Origin: an uncultured delta proteobacterium
GTDB lineage: Bacteria; Desulfobacterota; Binatia; UBA9968
Length of the DNA: 64,000 nucleotides
Direction: 5' to 3'
Assembly: GCA_963737905.1 (NCBI GenBank)
Contig: CAVTUQ010000028.1
Location: 182,942-246,941, forward strand
Of this stretch, positions 50,616-60,489 are shown one piece after another. Numbering within the stretch: position 1 is the first letter of the stretch; each line of letters begins with the position of its first letter. A program made the position numbers and the translations under genes. Under the pieces are notes generated by a model, which saw only the letters and a list, made by a program, of their open reading frames with translations, had not been told where the DNA came from and ran no database searches.

Positions 50616-51824
50616 TTACTTCTGCCTCGACTCCCAAAGTTTTAGAATCCACTTTTGCGCTTCCTCCTGGCGCGCTCCGAATTTGGGGTCGGCGTCCGGA
50701 AACCCATATTCGACACCGGGAACGCGGCGCTGCTCGGGCACCACCTCGCCGAACGGGACGTCATTGCGCAACGATGATCGGTCGATGTTTGGAATCATCG
50801 TATGCGTCAACGTCTGGCCCTCTTTCGAAAGAAACCAGTTCACAAACAGTTTTGCCGCATTGGGATGCGGGGCATTGGCAAACGCGGAAATGCAGCAACC
50901 GGAGCCCCCCGCCCGGATCAAGCCGACTTGTTTGGGAAGAAATATCTGCTTGATGGGGATTCCTTTTTTTGCCAAGGTGATCAGCTCCTCACTTCCCGTT
51001 GCCACGGCCTGGAGCGGGAACCTCCCTCCCGTGAGCCAGCTTTCGAGGATTCGCCGGTCATCCGAGAACGTCACTCCCGCATCGAGTAGATAAGTTCGTA
51101 CCCATTCCTGTCCCCGATCAGGTTCGAAGTAGCTGTCAATCATCTGCCTCAGCCCGGACGGGTCGCCCATCCCTTGACCCGCGATCTTCCCCTTCCAGCG
51201 CGGATCGAAAAAGTCCGTCTGCTTTTTTATCGTGGCTATTTCCGTTTCCTTGATCTTGTCCGTGTTGTACCAGGTTTCGTACTGATCTTCTTTAGAGACG
51301 TGGTAGATGAACGCATACTTTGATTCTTTGTCACTGTACCAGTATCGGCCCCGATACCAGGCGGACTTATCCACGACTTCAGGGTGGATGAGCAAGGGAG
51401 CAAACGGAATCAGCGATTCCGAGGGAACGAGGCGCTGGTTGTTCTCTCGGCTACTAATCAAGGCGACATCCATCGTATATTTTCCGGCCTTCCGCTCTGC
51501 GAGCACGCGGTTTACCGTGTCGATCGCATTGCCCGTTGACACCTCGACTGTGACTCCGAACTTCTTCTGGAAGACATCGATAACCGGACGATACTGTCTC
51601 GAAGGCGCCCCCCCGGAAGCAATCGCGACCATCCCCTCTTGCTTCGCAGCGGCGATGAGCTTGGCCCATTCTTGCTCGAAGTTAGCGGTTGCTGAAGCAG
51701 CGTGAGCGGCGGCGACGAAAAGGAAAAAGAGGCCGAGAGCCGATAAAAAAGTTTGTGTCCCTTTGCGGAGCTTGCCAACTGCTTCCCCGCAGCACTGTCC
51801 CTTGTCTGAGCAAATTCCCAACAT
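50616..51824 (-). CDS. Extracellular solute-binding protein (Fe3+/thiamine clan)
   Basis: AAGGAGG RBS; AAKQEG, DPRWKGKI, APHPNAAKLFVNWFLSKEGQ. Confidence 0.88.
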   Translation of the reverse strand: MLGICSDKGQCCGEAVGKLRKGTQTFLSALGLFFLFVAAAHAASATANFEQEWAKLIAAAKQEGMVAIASGGAPSRQYRPVIDVFQKKFGVTVEVSTGNAIDTVNRVLAERKAGKYTMDVALISSRENNQRLVPSESLIPFAPLLIHPEVVDKSAWYRGRYWYSDKESKYAFIYHVSKEDQYETWYNTDKIKETEIATIKKQTDFFDPRWKGKIAGQGMGDPSGLRQMIDSYFEPDRGQEWVRTYLLDAGVTFSDDRRILESWLTGGRFPLQAVATGSEELITLAKKGIPIKQIFLPKQVGLIRAGGSGCCISAFANAPHPNAAKLFVNWFLSKEGQTLTHTMIPNIDRSSLRNDVPFGEVVPEQRRVPGVEYGFPDADPKFGARQEEAQKWILKLWESRQK

Positions 51825-51883
51825 CGTATTCCTCCTTAGAGTTTCTTTCCGGTTATGACTGCACTTTGCACCAGTGGTGTTAA

Positions 51884-51930
51884 GCCCCCTCTCTTCTCTC
51901 CCCGCGCGCCGGGGGAGATGTAAGAGGGGG
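51884..51930. repeat. CCCCCTCT...AGAGGGGG REP-like palindrome
   Basis: ccccctctcttctctccccgcgcgccgggggagatgtaagaggggg. Confidence 0.65.
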
Positions 51931-51979
51931 ATTTTTCGCTTTCTTTGGTGCCGCCTCAACCCACTACGGTCATAGTGCC

Positions 51980-53188
51980 TTACTCTCCCTCTTCCTTATG
52001 GGACCAGTTGGAAGCCCAGGCGGAGTGACCTTCCGGCCTTAGCTTGAGCCAGACCCTACTGCCTTCATCGATAGGGTTGTGTCGCTCTCCGTAGATCAGG
52101 ATTTCCCCTTGCCCCTGGATTTCAACCTGGTATTCGATTCGTTCGCCGACGAACAGCGCAGCCTGCGCGGCCCCGCCGATCATGCCAGGCGGAACTTTGA
52201 TGCCTGACGCCGGATGGATTTCTACATCCTCGGGGCGGACGCCCATGTAGACCAACGAGCCGGTCTTGATGCTATCCGGGTCGTAAGTGCGCCCAAAGAC
52301 GACGCAGTCCTGCGCCCCTTCAAGGGCAATGGCCAACTGGCCCGATGGATTACTGCTCTGCACGGTGCCCTTGAACAATAGAGTCCGGCCGACAAAATCG
52401 CGCACGAACTCATTGACCGGTTTTTCGTAAAGCAACCGTGGGTCGCCCTGCTGCTGCACGACGCCGAAGTTCATGAGCGCGATGCGATTGGACAGACTGA
52501 GCGCCTCGATCTGATCATGGGTAACAAACAGCAACGCGATATTTAGCTGCTTTTGCAAAAGCTTTACCCTGATGCGCATCTGCTCGCGCAGCTTTGCGTC
52601 CAGGTTGCTGAACGGCTCATCGAGCAGCAAGACTCGAGGTTCAGTGACCAGCGCCCGCGCAAACGCGACGCGTTGTTGCTGCCCGCCGCTCAGCAAAGGC
52701 CCCGGTCGATCCTCGAAACCGGCCATGCCGACCAACTCCAGCGCGCGCCGCACGCGATCGCGGATTTCCTTTCGTGGAAACTTGCGTGCTTTAAGCGGGA
52801 ACGCCACGTTCTCCGCCACAGTCATGTGCGGCCAAATCGCGTAGGACTGGAATACCATACCCACATTGCGTTTATTGGGCGCAAGGCATAACCGGCGCGA
52901 GCTCATCACAACCGCAGTGTCACCGAAGAAAATATCGCCTAGGTCGGGTACCTCGAGGCCGGCCGCCATGCGCAAGGTGGTGGTCTTCCCGCAGCCGCTC
53001 GGACCGAGCAAGGTCACGATCTCCCCGTCATACACCTCAAGAGAGAGATCCCTGACCGCCGGCTGCACGCTCCCAGGATAGGTTTTCCACAGCCCCTCCA
53101 GACGCATCGCGATCTTGGCCGGGCTGGCGGTCTCGTTGGGCAGGCGAGTATCACCCCGCATGTTCGTGGTGGAGGCGCTCTTGTACAT
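51980..53188 (-). CDS. ABC ATP-binding protein (PotA/FbpC type, TOBE domain)
   Basis: GPSGCGKTT, LSGGQQQR, LDEPFSNLD, VTHDQ. Confidence 0.92.
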   Translation of the reverse strand: MYKSASTTNMRGDTRLPNETASPAKIAMRLEGLWKTYPGSVQPAVRDLSLEVYDGEIVTLLGPSGCGKTTTLRMAAGLEVPDLGDIFFGDTAVVMSSRRLCLAPNKRNVGMVFQSYAIWPHMTVAENVAFPLKARKFPRKEIRDRVRRALELVGMAGFEDRPGPLLSGGQQQRVAFARALVTEPRVLLLDEPFSNLDAKLREQMRIRVKLLQKQLNIALLFVTHDQIEALSLSNRIALMNFGVVQQQGDPRLLYEKPVNEFVRDFVGRTLLFKGTVQSSNPSGQLAIALEGAQDCVVFGRTYDPDSIKTGSLVYMGVRPEDVEIHPASGIKVPPGMIGGAAQAALFVGERIEYQVEIQGQGEILIYGERHNPIDEGSRVWLKLRPEGHSAWASNWSHKEEGE

Positions 53189-53224
53189 GTTACCGGTTGC
53201 TTGCTGACGAGAATCTTGCCGCCC

Positions 53225-54163
53225 CTAGCTCCCTGGAAGAGCGGCCGCCTCCGGGTGAAAAAAAGTCTCGTAATCGATTCGTTTCGAGGATAGCCCCTGC
53301 TCGTGAGCAAACTGAGTCAGCGCGTCAAGCACTCGCCGGTTGTTCTCGATATTGTACGCCCAATAGTTTTCGCCCATCAGCGCGCGCTGTTCGTCCACCG
53401 CGGCAGCGACCCACGAAATCACCAGAATCTGCGGATTGTCTCCCTCTAGCCGATTGAAGGCTTCATCCCGTGCCTGGCGAAACGCCTTTAGCAGCGCCAC
53501 CGGCGCGTTTGGGTAGCGATCGACAAACTCCTGCTTCAGTGTGACGACGTGACTGATGGGAAAGATGCCTGTCCTTTTGAAATAGATTTGTTCTTCCGTC
53601 TTGTAATCACGGAACAGGCGGCGCACTCGCGGGTCTTTCCGTGTAATGGACGGCAGCACGTCCGGCTCGATGACCGCGTCCAACGCCCCTTCCAGCAATA
53701 GCGAGTCCAGGTCGCTCGCCTGCGGTAAAAGCTCGATCTGAATCCCCGGAGCAGGGCTCATCATTTTAGAGCGCACCGACCGCCAGCTGATGCGAGTGAG
53801 ATCGATTTTGTAATAATTCTGCAGCGCGCCGCGCGCCCATACGCCCGCCGTGTTGTCCCACTGGGGAATACCCACGCGCTTTCCTTCAAGATCGCGCGGG
53901 GATTCGATCCCGGCTTTATTATTGACGTAGATATACGACAGACGAAACTTGCGGTTGGGGAAGGCTGGTATGGAAACGTGCGCTAGGCCGTCGGCATGAG
54001 CGCGTACGCGCGCCGCAAAGCCACAGTCCCACGCATCGGCGTCCTCTTCCCGCTTGACGATCTCAAACTCGAAGCCTTCAATCTTCACGGTGCCATCGGT
54101 AATGGGCATATTGGTGTCCACGGTCGGCTCGCGAAAATAAAAGTGGAGCTTAGGATTGGGCAT
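53225..54163 (-). CDS. 4,5-dihydroxyphthalate decarboxylase-like protein (periplasmic-binding fold)
   Basis: IPAFPNRKFR.S.IYV...GI..P.DL.GKRVG...TAGVWARG...TGIFPI.H. Confidence 0.75.
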   Translation of the reverse strand: MPNPKLHFYFREPTVDTNMPITDGTVKIEGFEFEIVKREEDADAWDCGFAARVRAHADGLAHVSIPAFPNRKFRLSYIYVNNKAGIESPRDLEGKRVGIPQWDNTAGVWARGALQNYYKIDLTRISWRSVRSKMMSPAPGIQIELLPQASDLDSLLLEGALDAVIEPDVLPSITRKDPRVRRLFRDYKTEEQIYFKRTGIFPISHVVTLKQEFVDRYPNAPVALLKAFRQARDEAFNRLEGDNPQILVISWVAAAVDEQRALMGENYWAYNIENNRRVLDALTQFAHEQGLSSKRIDYETFFHPEAAALPGS

Positions 54164-54268
54164 GTTGACCTCCTTGAGCAAAAAAAAGATAGCGGATGGT
54201 ACCACAGGGCGCAGTAAAGAAAACAATGGTGCCGATGGCTAGGGGCCAGGGTTGAAATCCGTTCCCTA

Positions 54269-55291
54269 CTAAAATCCTTGCGCTTCTTCTTTCATGTAGA
54301 AGCCCAACTTCCTCATGGCCGGCCAATCGTCGATGGAAAACAGAATCGTGTCGTCGTTGTTGGTGTTTTCGTGGTGGTGCCACTTCCAGGCCGGCACCGC
54401 GAAGATGTCGCCTTTACAATACTCCAGCCGCTCGCTTTCGATGACCACAGCGCCTTCGCCTTCAAACGCAAAGTAGAAGGTCGTGCTGTTATGCCGGTGC
54501 GGTAAAGTGTTCTGTCGCGCGGACAAGAGCTGCGCCTGCCAGGCGATAGTCGGCAGAGTGGGTCCGGCGTCAACCGGGCTGGCCAGCATGAGCAGAATAC
54601 CGTCATAAGGATCGCTCTCGCCGGCCTCTCGCATCGCCGCGAGGCAAGCCTCCGTGTTCTTCCATGGATAACGCATCGGCGGCAGTGGGAACGGAGTTTC
54701 CTCCGAGACGCGCTTGGCGTGGCCGAGAGTTCGTTGCCCGTATCCGGCAGGTTTCTTAATCTCTTCGTAGGGCGCGTCGTTCGGCAACCGCTCGTTGATG
54801 TTCACGTTGGGGTTGTAGCCGTTGTCATAGCCGTCGATCCAGATCGCCGGCATGCTTCCCAAATTCCAGTGGTCGTGGAAGGTCCAGGCCGGGCTGACGA
54901 CGACGTCGCCCCGCTCCATCGGATAGGATTCGTACTCGCACACAAAGACCGCTTCCTTTGGCGCCTGGCAAACCAGCCGAGTTTCGCTCCGCAAGTTGCG
55001 ATGGGCTTGGGTACGCTCGCTGGGCATGAGGATCTGGGCATTCATCCAGATGGGAAAGCTCCGCGCTTCAATGCCGACCACGGAGCGCATTCCCGTCATA
55101 CCGTTGGGACCGACGGTGACGATCTCCCCCGACCGCATCAAGCCTTTGTAAATTCCCTCCCAAGACCAGTGCGCAGCGGTGTTGCCTTTACGCGGGGTTG
55201 CCCGCCCCTCGCGTCTGAGTCCGGCACCGACGAGATGGTGCTCGGCAAGAAAGCGTTCGAGATCTTCATGGGTCTTTCCTACATCGTTCAC
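54269..55291 (-). CDS. Bicupin, gentisate 1,2-dioxygenase-like
   Basis: QIL.P.E...HR, GD....P.W.FHDH; HRHNS, GDIF.VP.W.WH.H. Confidence 0.8.
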   Translation of the reverse strand: MNDVGKTHEDLERFLAEHHLVGAGLRREGRATPRKGNTAAHWSWEGIYKGLMRSGEIVTVGPNGMTGMRSVVGIEARSFPIWMNAQILMPSERTQAHRNLRSETRLVCQAPKEAVFVCEYESYPMERGDVVVSPAWTFHDHWNLGSMPAIWIDGYDNGYNPNVNINERLPNDAPYEEIKKPAGYGQRTLGHAKRVSEETPFPLPPMRYPWKNTEACLAAMREAGESDPYDGILLMLASPVDAGPTLPTIAWQAQLLSARQNTLPHRHNSTTFYFAFEGEGAVVIESERLEYCKGDIFAVPAWKWHHHENTNNDDTILFSIDDWPAMRKLGFYMKEEAQGF

Positions 55292-55327
55292 GGTTTACCT
55301 CCAGGTTGGTACTTGGGTCTTTTACTT

Positions 55328-55393
55328 TGAACATTGAACCTTGAACCCGGAACACTGGGTCGCAGTTCAATGTTCAAGGTTCAACGTTCAAGG
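55328..55393. repeat. Heptamer TTGAACC inverted hairpin
   Basis: ttgaaca ttgaacc ttgaacc cggaaca | gttcaat gttcaag gttcaac gttcaag. Confidence 0.85.
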
Positions 55394-55418
55394 TAAGATC
55401 ACAAGACTCCACTCGCCG

Positions 55419-56573
55419 TCACAGATCAAGGTGAAAATACTTGACGCAATTGTCGAACAGTATGGCGCGCTTTTCCTTTTCCGGTACCTCGGCGAAGTCT
55501 TGTTCCACAACCTTGATTGAGTTCGGCCATTCGCTGGCCGCGTGGGCAAAATCGGTGCCCCAAATCAGTTTATCGGCGCCGATGCAATCGCGTCGCTTGA
55601 CCCCGACAGGATCGTGCAAAAAACCCCAGTAGTTATGTTCCTTGATGTATTCGCTCGGTTTACGCTCCAGACGATTGAGACCCCAGTGGTCATGAATCAT
55701 TCCGATATAGCGGGTGTAGTGGTCATCGACCTGCCACAAGCCGTACTCGAGCCAGCCGATCATCGTCTCCGCCCAGTAAAAATCGAGATTGGGAAAACGG
55801 TCCCAGACACCGGCAAACGCCATCTGCAACGGCCCAGTCATGCAAGGGTTGGTGAAGCGAGTGAAGAATCTAAACGCATTTCTCTGATGAATGTCGGGCC
55901 CTGGCTCCTTAGGATAAAGAAAGTCCGGCTGGCCGTTGCCTGATCCCATGTTGCCGTCACTATGATTGGTGAGCGGCATTTTTAGTTCAAGCGCAGCAGC
56001 CCAAAACTTGTCGTCCTCGGCGGTTGGATAACTTTTACCGCTGGGATAACGCTCGATCTTCACGCCTTTAAACCCGAGCTTGGCACAGTGCTCCAGTTCG
56101 TTGATCGCGTCATCCAACCCAGTGACAGGAATCGTGCCCATGCAGATGAGACGGTCCGGCGCTGCGGCCATATACTCCTCAGCGAGGAACTCGTTGTAGG
56201 CGCGTACCAGTTCACAGTAGAAATCGTCCTCCTTGGCTTGCCGCAGCACCGATGAAATCTGGGAAAACAACACTTCGCAGCCGATGCCGTCCTGATCTTG
56301 CTCACGTAAACGCTGCTCGGGTGTGCCGGTGCCGGCGCTGTTCTCGAACGTCGGAACCTGCTTGCCCATATCCTGGTGGGCGACGCGGACGCTGCGCGTC
56401 ACACCGATGGTATTGGGCTTGCCGCCATCGACAACCACGGCGTCGGAGCCGTTCGGCATTTTTATCCGCTTCGGCGCCCGGTCTCTCCATTTAGCGGCAA
56501 CCCGGTTCCGCCAAACATCCGGGTTGAGATCGATGTGTCCATCCCCGGAGATGACTCTATACTGACGTCCCAT
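55419..56573 (-). CDS. Amidohydrolase_2 family protein
   Basis: ISGDGH, QDQDGI, GVWDRFP.L, KPSEY, WGTDFAH. Confidence 0.88.
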   Translation of the reverse strand: MGRQYRVISGDGHIDLNPDVWRNRVAAKWRDRAPKRIKMPNGSDAVVVDGGKPNTIGVTRSVRVAHQDMGKQVPTFENSAGTGTPEQRLREQDQDGIGCEVLFSQISSVLRQAKEDDFYCELVRAYNEFLAEEYMAAAPDRLICMGTIPVTGLDDAINELEHCAKLGFKGVKIERYPSGKSYPTAEDDKFWAAALELKMPLTNHSDGNMGSGNGQPDFLYPKEPGPDIHQRNAFRFFTRFTNPCMTGPLQMAFAGVWDRFPNLDFYWAETMIGWLEYGLWQVDDHYTRYIGMIHDHWGLNRLERKPSEYIKEHNYWGFLHDPVGVKRRDCIGADKLIWGTDFAHAASEWPNSIKVVEQDFAEVPEKEKRAILFDNCVKYFHLDL

Positions 56574-56610
56574 AAGTGAATCCTTTCCAAGTTTACTACG
56601 AAAGACCATT

Positions 56611-56693
56611 CACCGCAGAGACGCAGAGTTCACAGAGATCAAAATATTCTTGATCAAGAACTCTTTACTCTGCGCCCTCCGCGCCTCAGCGGT
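56611..56693. repeat. 9-mer-type inverted repeat
   Basis: caccgcagagacgcagagttcacagag...ctctgcgccctccgcgcctcagcggt. Confidence 0.75.
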
Positions 56694-56730
56694 TAATCCA
56701 AGAGTCTCCTTTTCGGCCGATGAGATCTTT

Positions 56731-57744
56731 TCATTTCCCATATTGCCGATCCATCTCATCGAAGAACCCGGAGCTTTCGAGCTCGTTGATGAACCGCGGC
56801 TCGGCAAAGCCCTCTGGATTGGCGGCACTGGGAATTTCCGGATTCGTACGAGCTAGCAGATTAAACATTGATTTTGCCACCCGCGCATAGGGAGTCGGCT
56901 TGGTCGAAAGGTGCTCTTTGTCTTGTGCATAGATCGCGTTCAGAATTTCAGCGTCCTGACTCGCCACGTACTTTTTCAAGACCCCAACGGAAAACTCTGG
57001 TTTAGACTTCAGGACATAGACGCCTTCGATCCAGGCTTTAAGAAACTTCAAGGTGATGTCCGGATTCTTAACGACGTAAGAGCGTCTTACCAGAATGCTC
57101 GAGCCGGAAACTTCGATGGGGAGTTTGGCGAAGTCGATTAACGGTTTAAAGCCGATCTTGGTTGCGGCCAAGCGTTGAATGCCGGATATTATCGCGCCCT
57201 GAACCCGTCCGGTTTGAAGTCCAATCAAGCGGGCAGCCTCATCCCCTAGCGGTAGAATCGTCACATCCTTTTCGGACAAACCGTTTAGGCGCAGGCCTTC
57301 ACGCATCAAAATATCGGTCAATGAACCCACCGTGCTGATCCCCAACACCTTCCCCCGTAGCTGTTCGACATCGTTGATGTTCTTCTGGACCATAATCGCA
57401 TGTTCGAGTCGATTCATGGACGAAGCGATGAGCGCGGTGTCGGCGCCCCTTTGATAGGCTTCCAAGGCGGGCATACCGGAGTGATTGACGAATTGGACGC
57501 TGCCACCGAGCAGCGACATAATACTGCGCGGCCCGCCGGGGATGTAAACCAGGTTGAGATCCAGGCCTTGTTTTTCGAAAAGTCCCGCCGCTTTGGCCAT
57601 CCAAATCGGGGCCATGGAACCCGAGATTGCTCCATAGCTCGCGTTCAATTTCTCCAAGGTTGCGGCTTGGACGGAAGCGGAGAACATTTCGATAAGCACA
57701 AACATCATCCAAAGGATCGCCTGCTGCTGGAAAAATCTTCTCAT
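56731..57744 (-). CDS. NitT/TauT (SsuA-like) substrate-binding protein
   Basis: Signal peptide; PIW.AK..GLF.K.GLD, LRGK.LG, ELESSGF. Confidence 0.88.
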   Translation of the reverse strand: MRRFFQQQAILWMMFVLIEMFSASVQAATLEKLNASYGAISGSMAPIWMAKAAGLFEKQGLDLNLVYIPGGPRSIMSLLGGSVQFVNHSGMPALEAYQRGADTALIASSMNRLEHAIMVQKNINDVEQLRGKVLGISTVGSLTDILMREGLRLNGLSEKDVTILPLGDEAARLIGLQTGRVQGAIISGIQRLAATKIGFKPLIDFAKLPIEVSGSSILVRRSYVVKNPDITLKFLKAWIEGVYVLKSKPEFSVGVLKKYVASQDAEILNAIYAQDKEHLSTKPTPYARVAKSMFNLLARTNPEIPSAANPEGFAEPRFINELESSGFFDEMDRQYGK

Positions 57745-57803
57745 CTTTTTTCCCCTTCCGTTTAATTGGGCCCCGGACAAGCTTCTCGCCGCAGGCGGAA
57801 ACA

Positions 57804-58886
57804 TCACCGATTTAACTCCTGTGCCACTTGCTTGATGATCGAAAAGTCCGCCATGTCCGATGGCCGGGCGGTTATCTTTGTCTTGGTCTGCTCCCCGATG
57901 CGATTCAGCTCGATCTGAATTTCCTCGTCGGTCAGCCAGAGCGTCGGATTGAGTGTCTCCATGACAGCGTCGTAAACGGAATCGGCAACTTCCTTTTCCA
58001 TCTTGTATTGCCTCATGATGAACTGTACCGTCTCCGCCCTGCGGCCCTTCGCATGATCGACCGCCTTCATCACCGCACGAAGGACGCGGCGAATCCGCTG
58101 GGGCTCACGCTCTATCCTATCCTTTGTGGTTACCAATCCTGTGGTCGGCGACACGCTGACGACATCACCGGTTCGCACCAAATCCCGATAGCCCTGGCGC
58201 TTCGCCAGAATGCTGTAGGGTGGAGTGAGGGCGACCGCCGGCATGCTCCCTTGCTGCAAAGAGAGATAGCCGTTGGCGACATCGCCGGTAGAGACCAGCT
58301 GCACATCCTTGTCAGCGCCGTAGTGTTTCAACGCTTCGAGAACCATGTAGAACTGCGTGCCCCAGTTGCCACCGACGCCGATCATTTTACCGCGCAGCTC
58401 TTCGACCCGCTGAATATTCTTCTGTGAGAGAATCCAGAGATCGGCCTTCTTGGTAATGTTGAGAACCATCTTGAGTGGCGCGCCGTTGACCGCGGCGCGC
58501 ATCGCCGAACCGCCGGCGGTGGTGAAGTCGATGCTGCCGGTGACCAAGGCCGCGATGCCGACATTGGTGCGCATCACGATAACTTCGGCGTCGAGACCTT
58601 CGCTGGCGAAAAATTTCTCTTTGGCCGCCAGATGCACCGGCCATGCAGCGAGCCCCGGGGAAGAAGGCGCTATCCGGATTCGCTCCTGAGCGGGCGCCGC
58701 CGAACGGAAGATGAGGATGATAAAGACTATCGAGCATAAAGTAACGATGCGTCCGGTACGTATTATTCGATATGAAGCGCGGCGGCGCGGTTTGGAGTTT
58801 CGGGTTCCGCGTCTCGGGTTTTCTCCTGACTCGGAACTCGGAACCCCGAACTCGAAACTATTATAGTCCGTACAGCGCCTTGGCAT
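57804..58886 (-). CDS. NitT/TauT substrate-binding protein; start uncertain, the nearest in-frame ATG reads through the repeat hairpin
   Basis: AKEKFFASEGLD, ALVTGSIDF, LRGKMIGV; signal h-region LCSIVFIILIF. Confidence 0.82.
   Translation of the reverse strand: MPRRCTDYNSFEFGVPSSESGENPRRGTRNSKPRRRASYRIIRTGRIVTLCSIVFIILIFRSAAPAQERIRIAPSSPGLAAWPVHLAAKEKFFASEGLDAEVIVMRTNVGIAALVTGSIDFTTAGGSAMRAAVNGAPLKMVLNITKKADLWILSQKNIQRVEELRGKMIGVGGNWGTQFYMVLEALKHYGADKDVQLVSTGDVANGYLSLQQGSMPAVALTPPYSILAKRQGYRDLVRTGDVVSVSPTTGLVTTKDRIEREPQRIRRVLRAVMKAVDHAKGRRAETVQFIMRQYKMEKEVADSVYDAVMETLNPTLWLTDEEIQIELNRIGEQTKTKITARPSDMADFSIIKQVAQELNR
58792..58858. repeat. Heptamer ACTCGGA/TTCGGGT inverted hairpin
   Basis: ttggagt ttcgggt tccgcgt ctcgggt | actcgga actcgga accccga actcgaa. 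Confidence 0.85.
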
Positions 58887-59871
58887 TGTCGTAAAGAATC
58901 TTATCGATGACTCGGGGTTCGACCTCGCCCTTTTGCTTGAGCTTGCGCAAAGCTTCGATTTCCGCGGAGGTATCCGCGTGACCATAGTCGGAGCCGATGA
59001 CGATGTTGTCTTCGCCGGAATATTTTAGAACGTAAGGCAGATCGTCGTCCGTCTGGCAAGCGATATAGACGTGGTTATCGCGGATGATATTCTGGATCCC
59101 GCCCCGGTCGTTTCTCTCAAAGCGCTTGGCGAGCTCAACAACCATATAGGGCACCCATTGTGCCCGGACCTCGATAAAACCGAAGCGCAGTTTTGGAAAT
59201 CTCTGCGGTATGCCGTCATGGACAATAGAATGACAGGCGGAAAGCACCGGGACTTTAAAGCGCGCGAAGCCGCTCTCCCCTTCGAACAGCTGCACCCAGT
59301 CGAAATTTCCCGTGGAAGCATGAACGCAAAACGGCAAATCCGCCTGCTCCGCTGCCTCGTAGAGCGGAAAGAAAAAGGGATGACTGAGACGCTTGTCGTC
59401 GATCAAACCACGGCTGAAGATGCCGCAAGTCCCGTTGGCCTTGGCGAAGCGGATCTCCGCTACGGCGCTTGCTATATCGATCATCGGAACCACAGCGATC
59501 CAGCGAAGCCGCCCTTCTCCCTTGTTACAGATATCGATCAGCCACTGGTTGTAGCTTCTGCAGATCGCCTTCTCGACTTCCGGTTTGGCGGTGAGTGGGC
59601 GAAGAAATAAAGACGGATAAAGAACTTGAACATCGATATCCAGCTCGTCCATATGCTTGAGACGGCCTTCAATATCGAGCATCTCCCGGCGCGCCTCGGG
59701 CAGACCACGATCGACATTAACGCCGCGATTAAAAACTCTGCCGTCGATTAGCCAATTCTGCGGGCGCCCGCCACCCGGAGTGATTAGAAACGGCCGCAAC
59801 TTCTCGTCCTCTATGTAATCCCAGGTCCGTTCACTCTCGATTACGTGCGCATCGGCATCGATAGTCGGCAT
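58861..59871 (-). CDS. Amidohydrolase_2 family protein
   Basis: IDADAHVIE, MDELDID.QVLYP, RFPKLRFGFIE, GSDYGH, DNAKALY. Confidence 0.9.
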   Translation of the reverse strand: MPTIDADAHVIESERTWDYIEDEKLRPFLITPGGGRPQNWLIDGRVFNRGVNVDRGLPEARREMLDIEGRLKHMDELDIDVQVLYPSLFLRPLTAKPEVEKAICRSYNQWLIDICNKGEGRLRWIAVVPMIDIASAVAEIRFAKANGTCGIFSRGLIDDKRLSHPFFFPLYEAAEQADLPFCVHASTGNFDWVQLFEGESGFARFKVPVLSACHSIVHDGIPQRFPKLRFGFIEVRAQWVPYMVVELAKRFERNDRGGIQNIIRDNHVYIACQTDDDLPYVLKYSGEDNIVIGSDYGHADTSAEIEALRKLKQKGEVEPRVIDKILYDNAKALYGL

Positions 59872-60069
59872 GAGCGACCTCCGGCGTTAAAAGATTTTCC
59901 GTCCACGTTTCGCTGCAAGATAACTCCGCTTCCGGTCAAACGTCAAATAGCACAAGCGGGATATTAAAAAACGGAAGCGGTGCGCACAGAAGCTCAACAC
60001 TTTTTTGCATATGAATGATAACCACTGGATTCTGCTACGTTTTAGGTTGAACAGAATTTATCCAAAAGT

Positions 60070-60185
60070 CGTCACCCCCGAAGGTTTAATCGGGGGTCCA
60101 GTTCTGGTGTCGCCAGGATTCCCGACGGTTCGAGAACCTCACCATCCCGAGGGAAATCGAGGGATAGAACCATTCGGGAATGACG
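60070..60185. repeat. REP-like GTCACCCCCG...GGGAATGAC element (related to 23698-23775)
   Basis: cgtcacccccgaaggtttaatcgggggtcc...ggattcccg...cgggaatgacg. Confidence 0.7.
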
Positions 60186-60489
60186 AACTATTAGAGGACT
60201 AGCCTGGATAGTTCACTGGCGAACAACGATCAAGGGGCGAGCCCTCCGGATCGAAGACAATGGGCCTCTACTTTGAGGCGGCCCGCAAACCTAATTTCTG
60301 AAGCGGATACCTGGGAAAAAATTCGAGCGCAAGGTCAAACACCCTAATCGTCATTGGAACTGTTCGCCTCTGTGCCTTCGCTCCTCCAAGCTCGCCCCTT
60401 GATCGACACTGTGTCGTGGGTTTTCCTGTCAGCATGAATAATCCGGACTAGGAACAGCTAGAACCTCCGCACTCGCCCTGGAGGACTTG

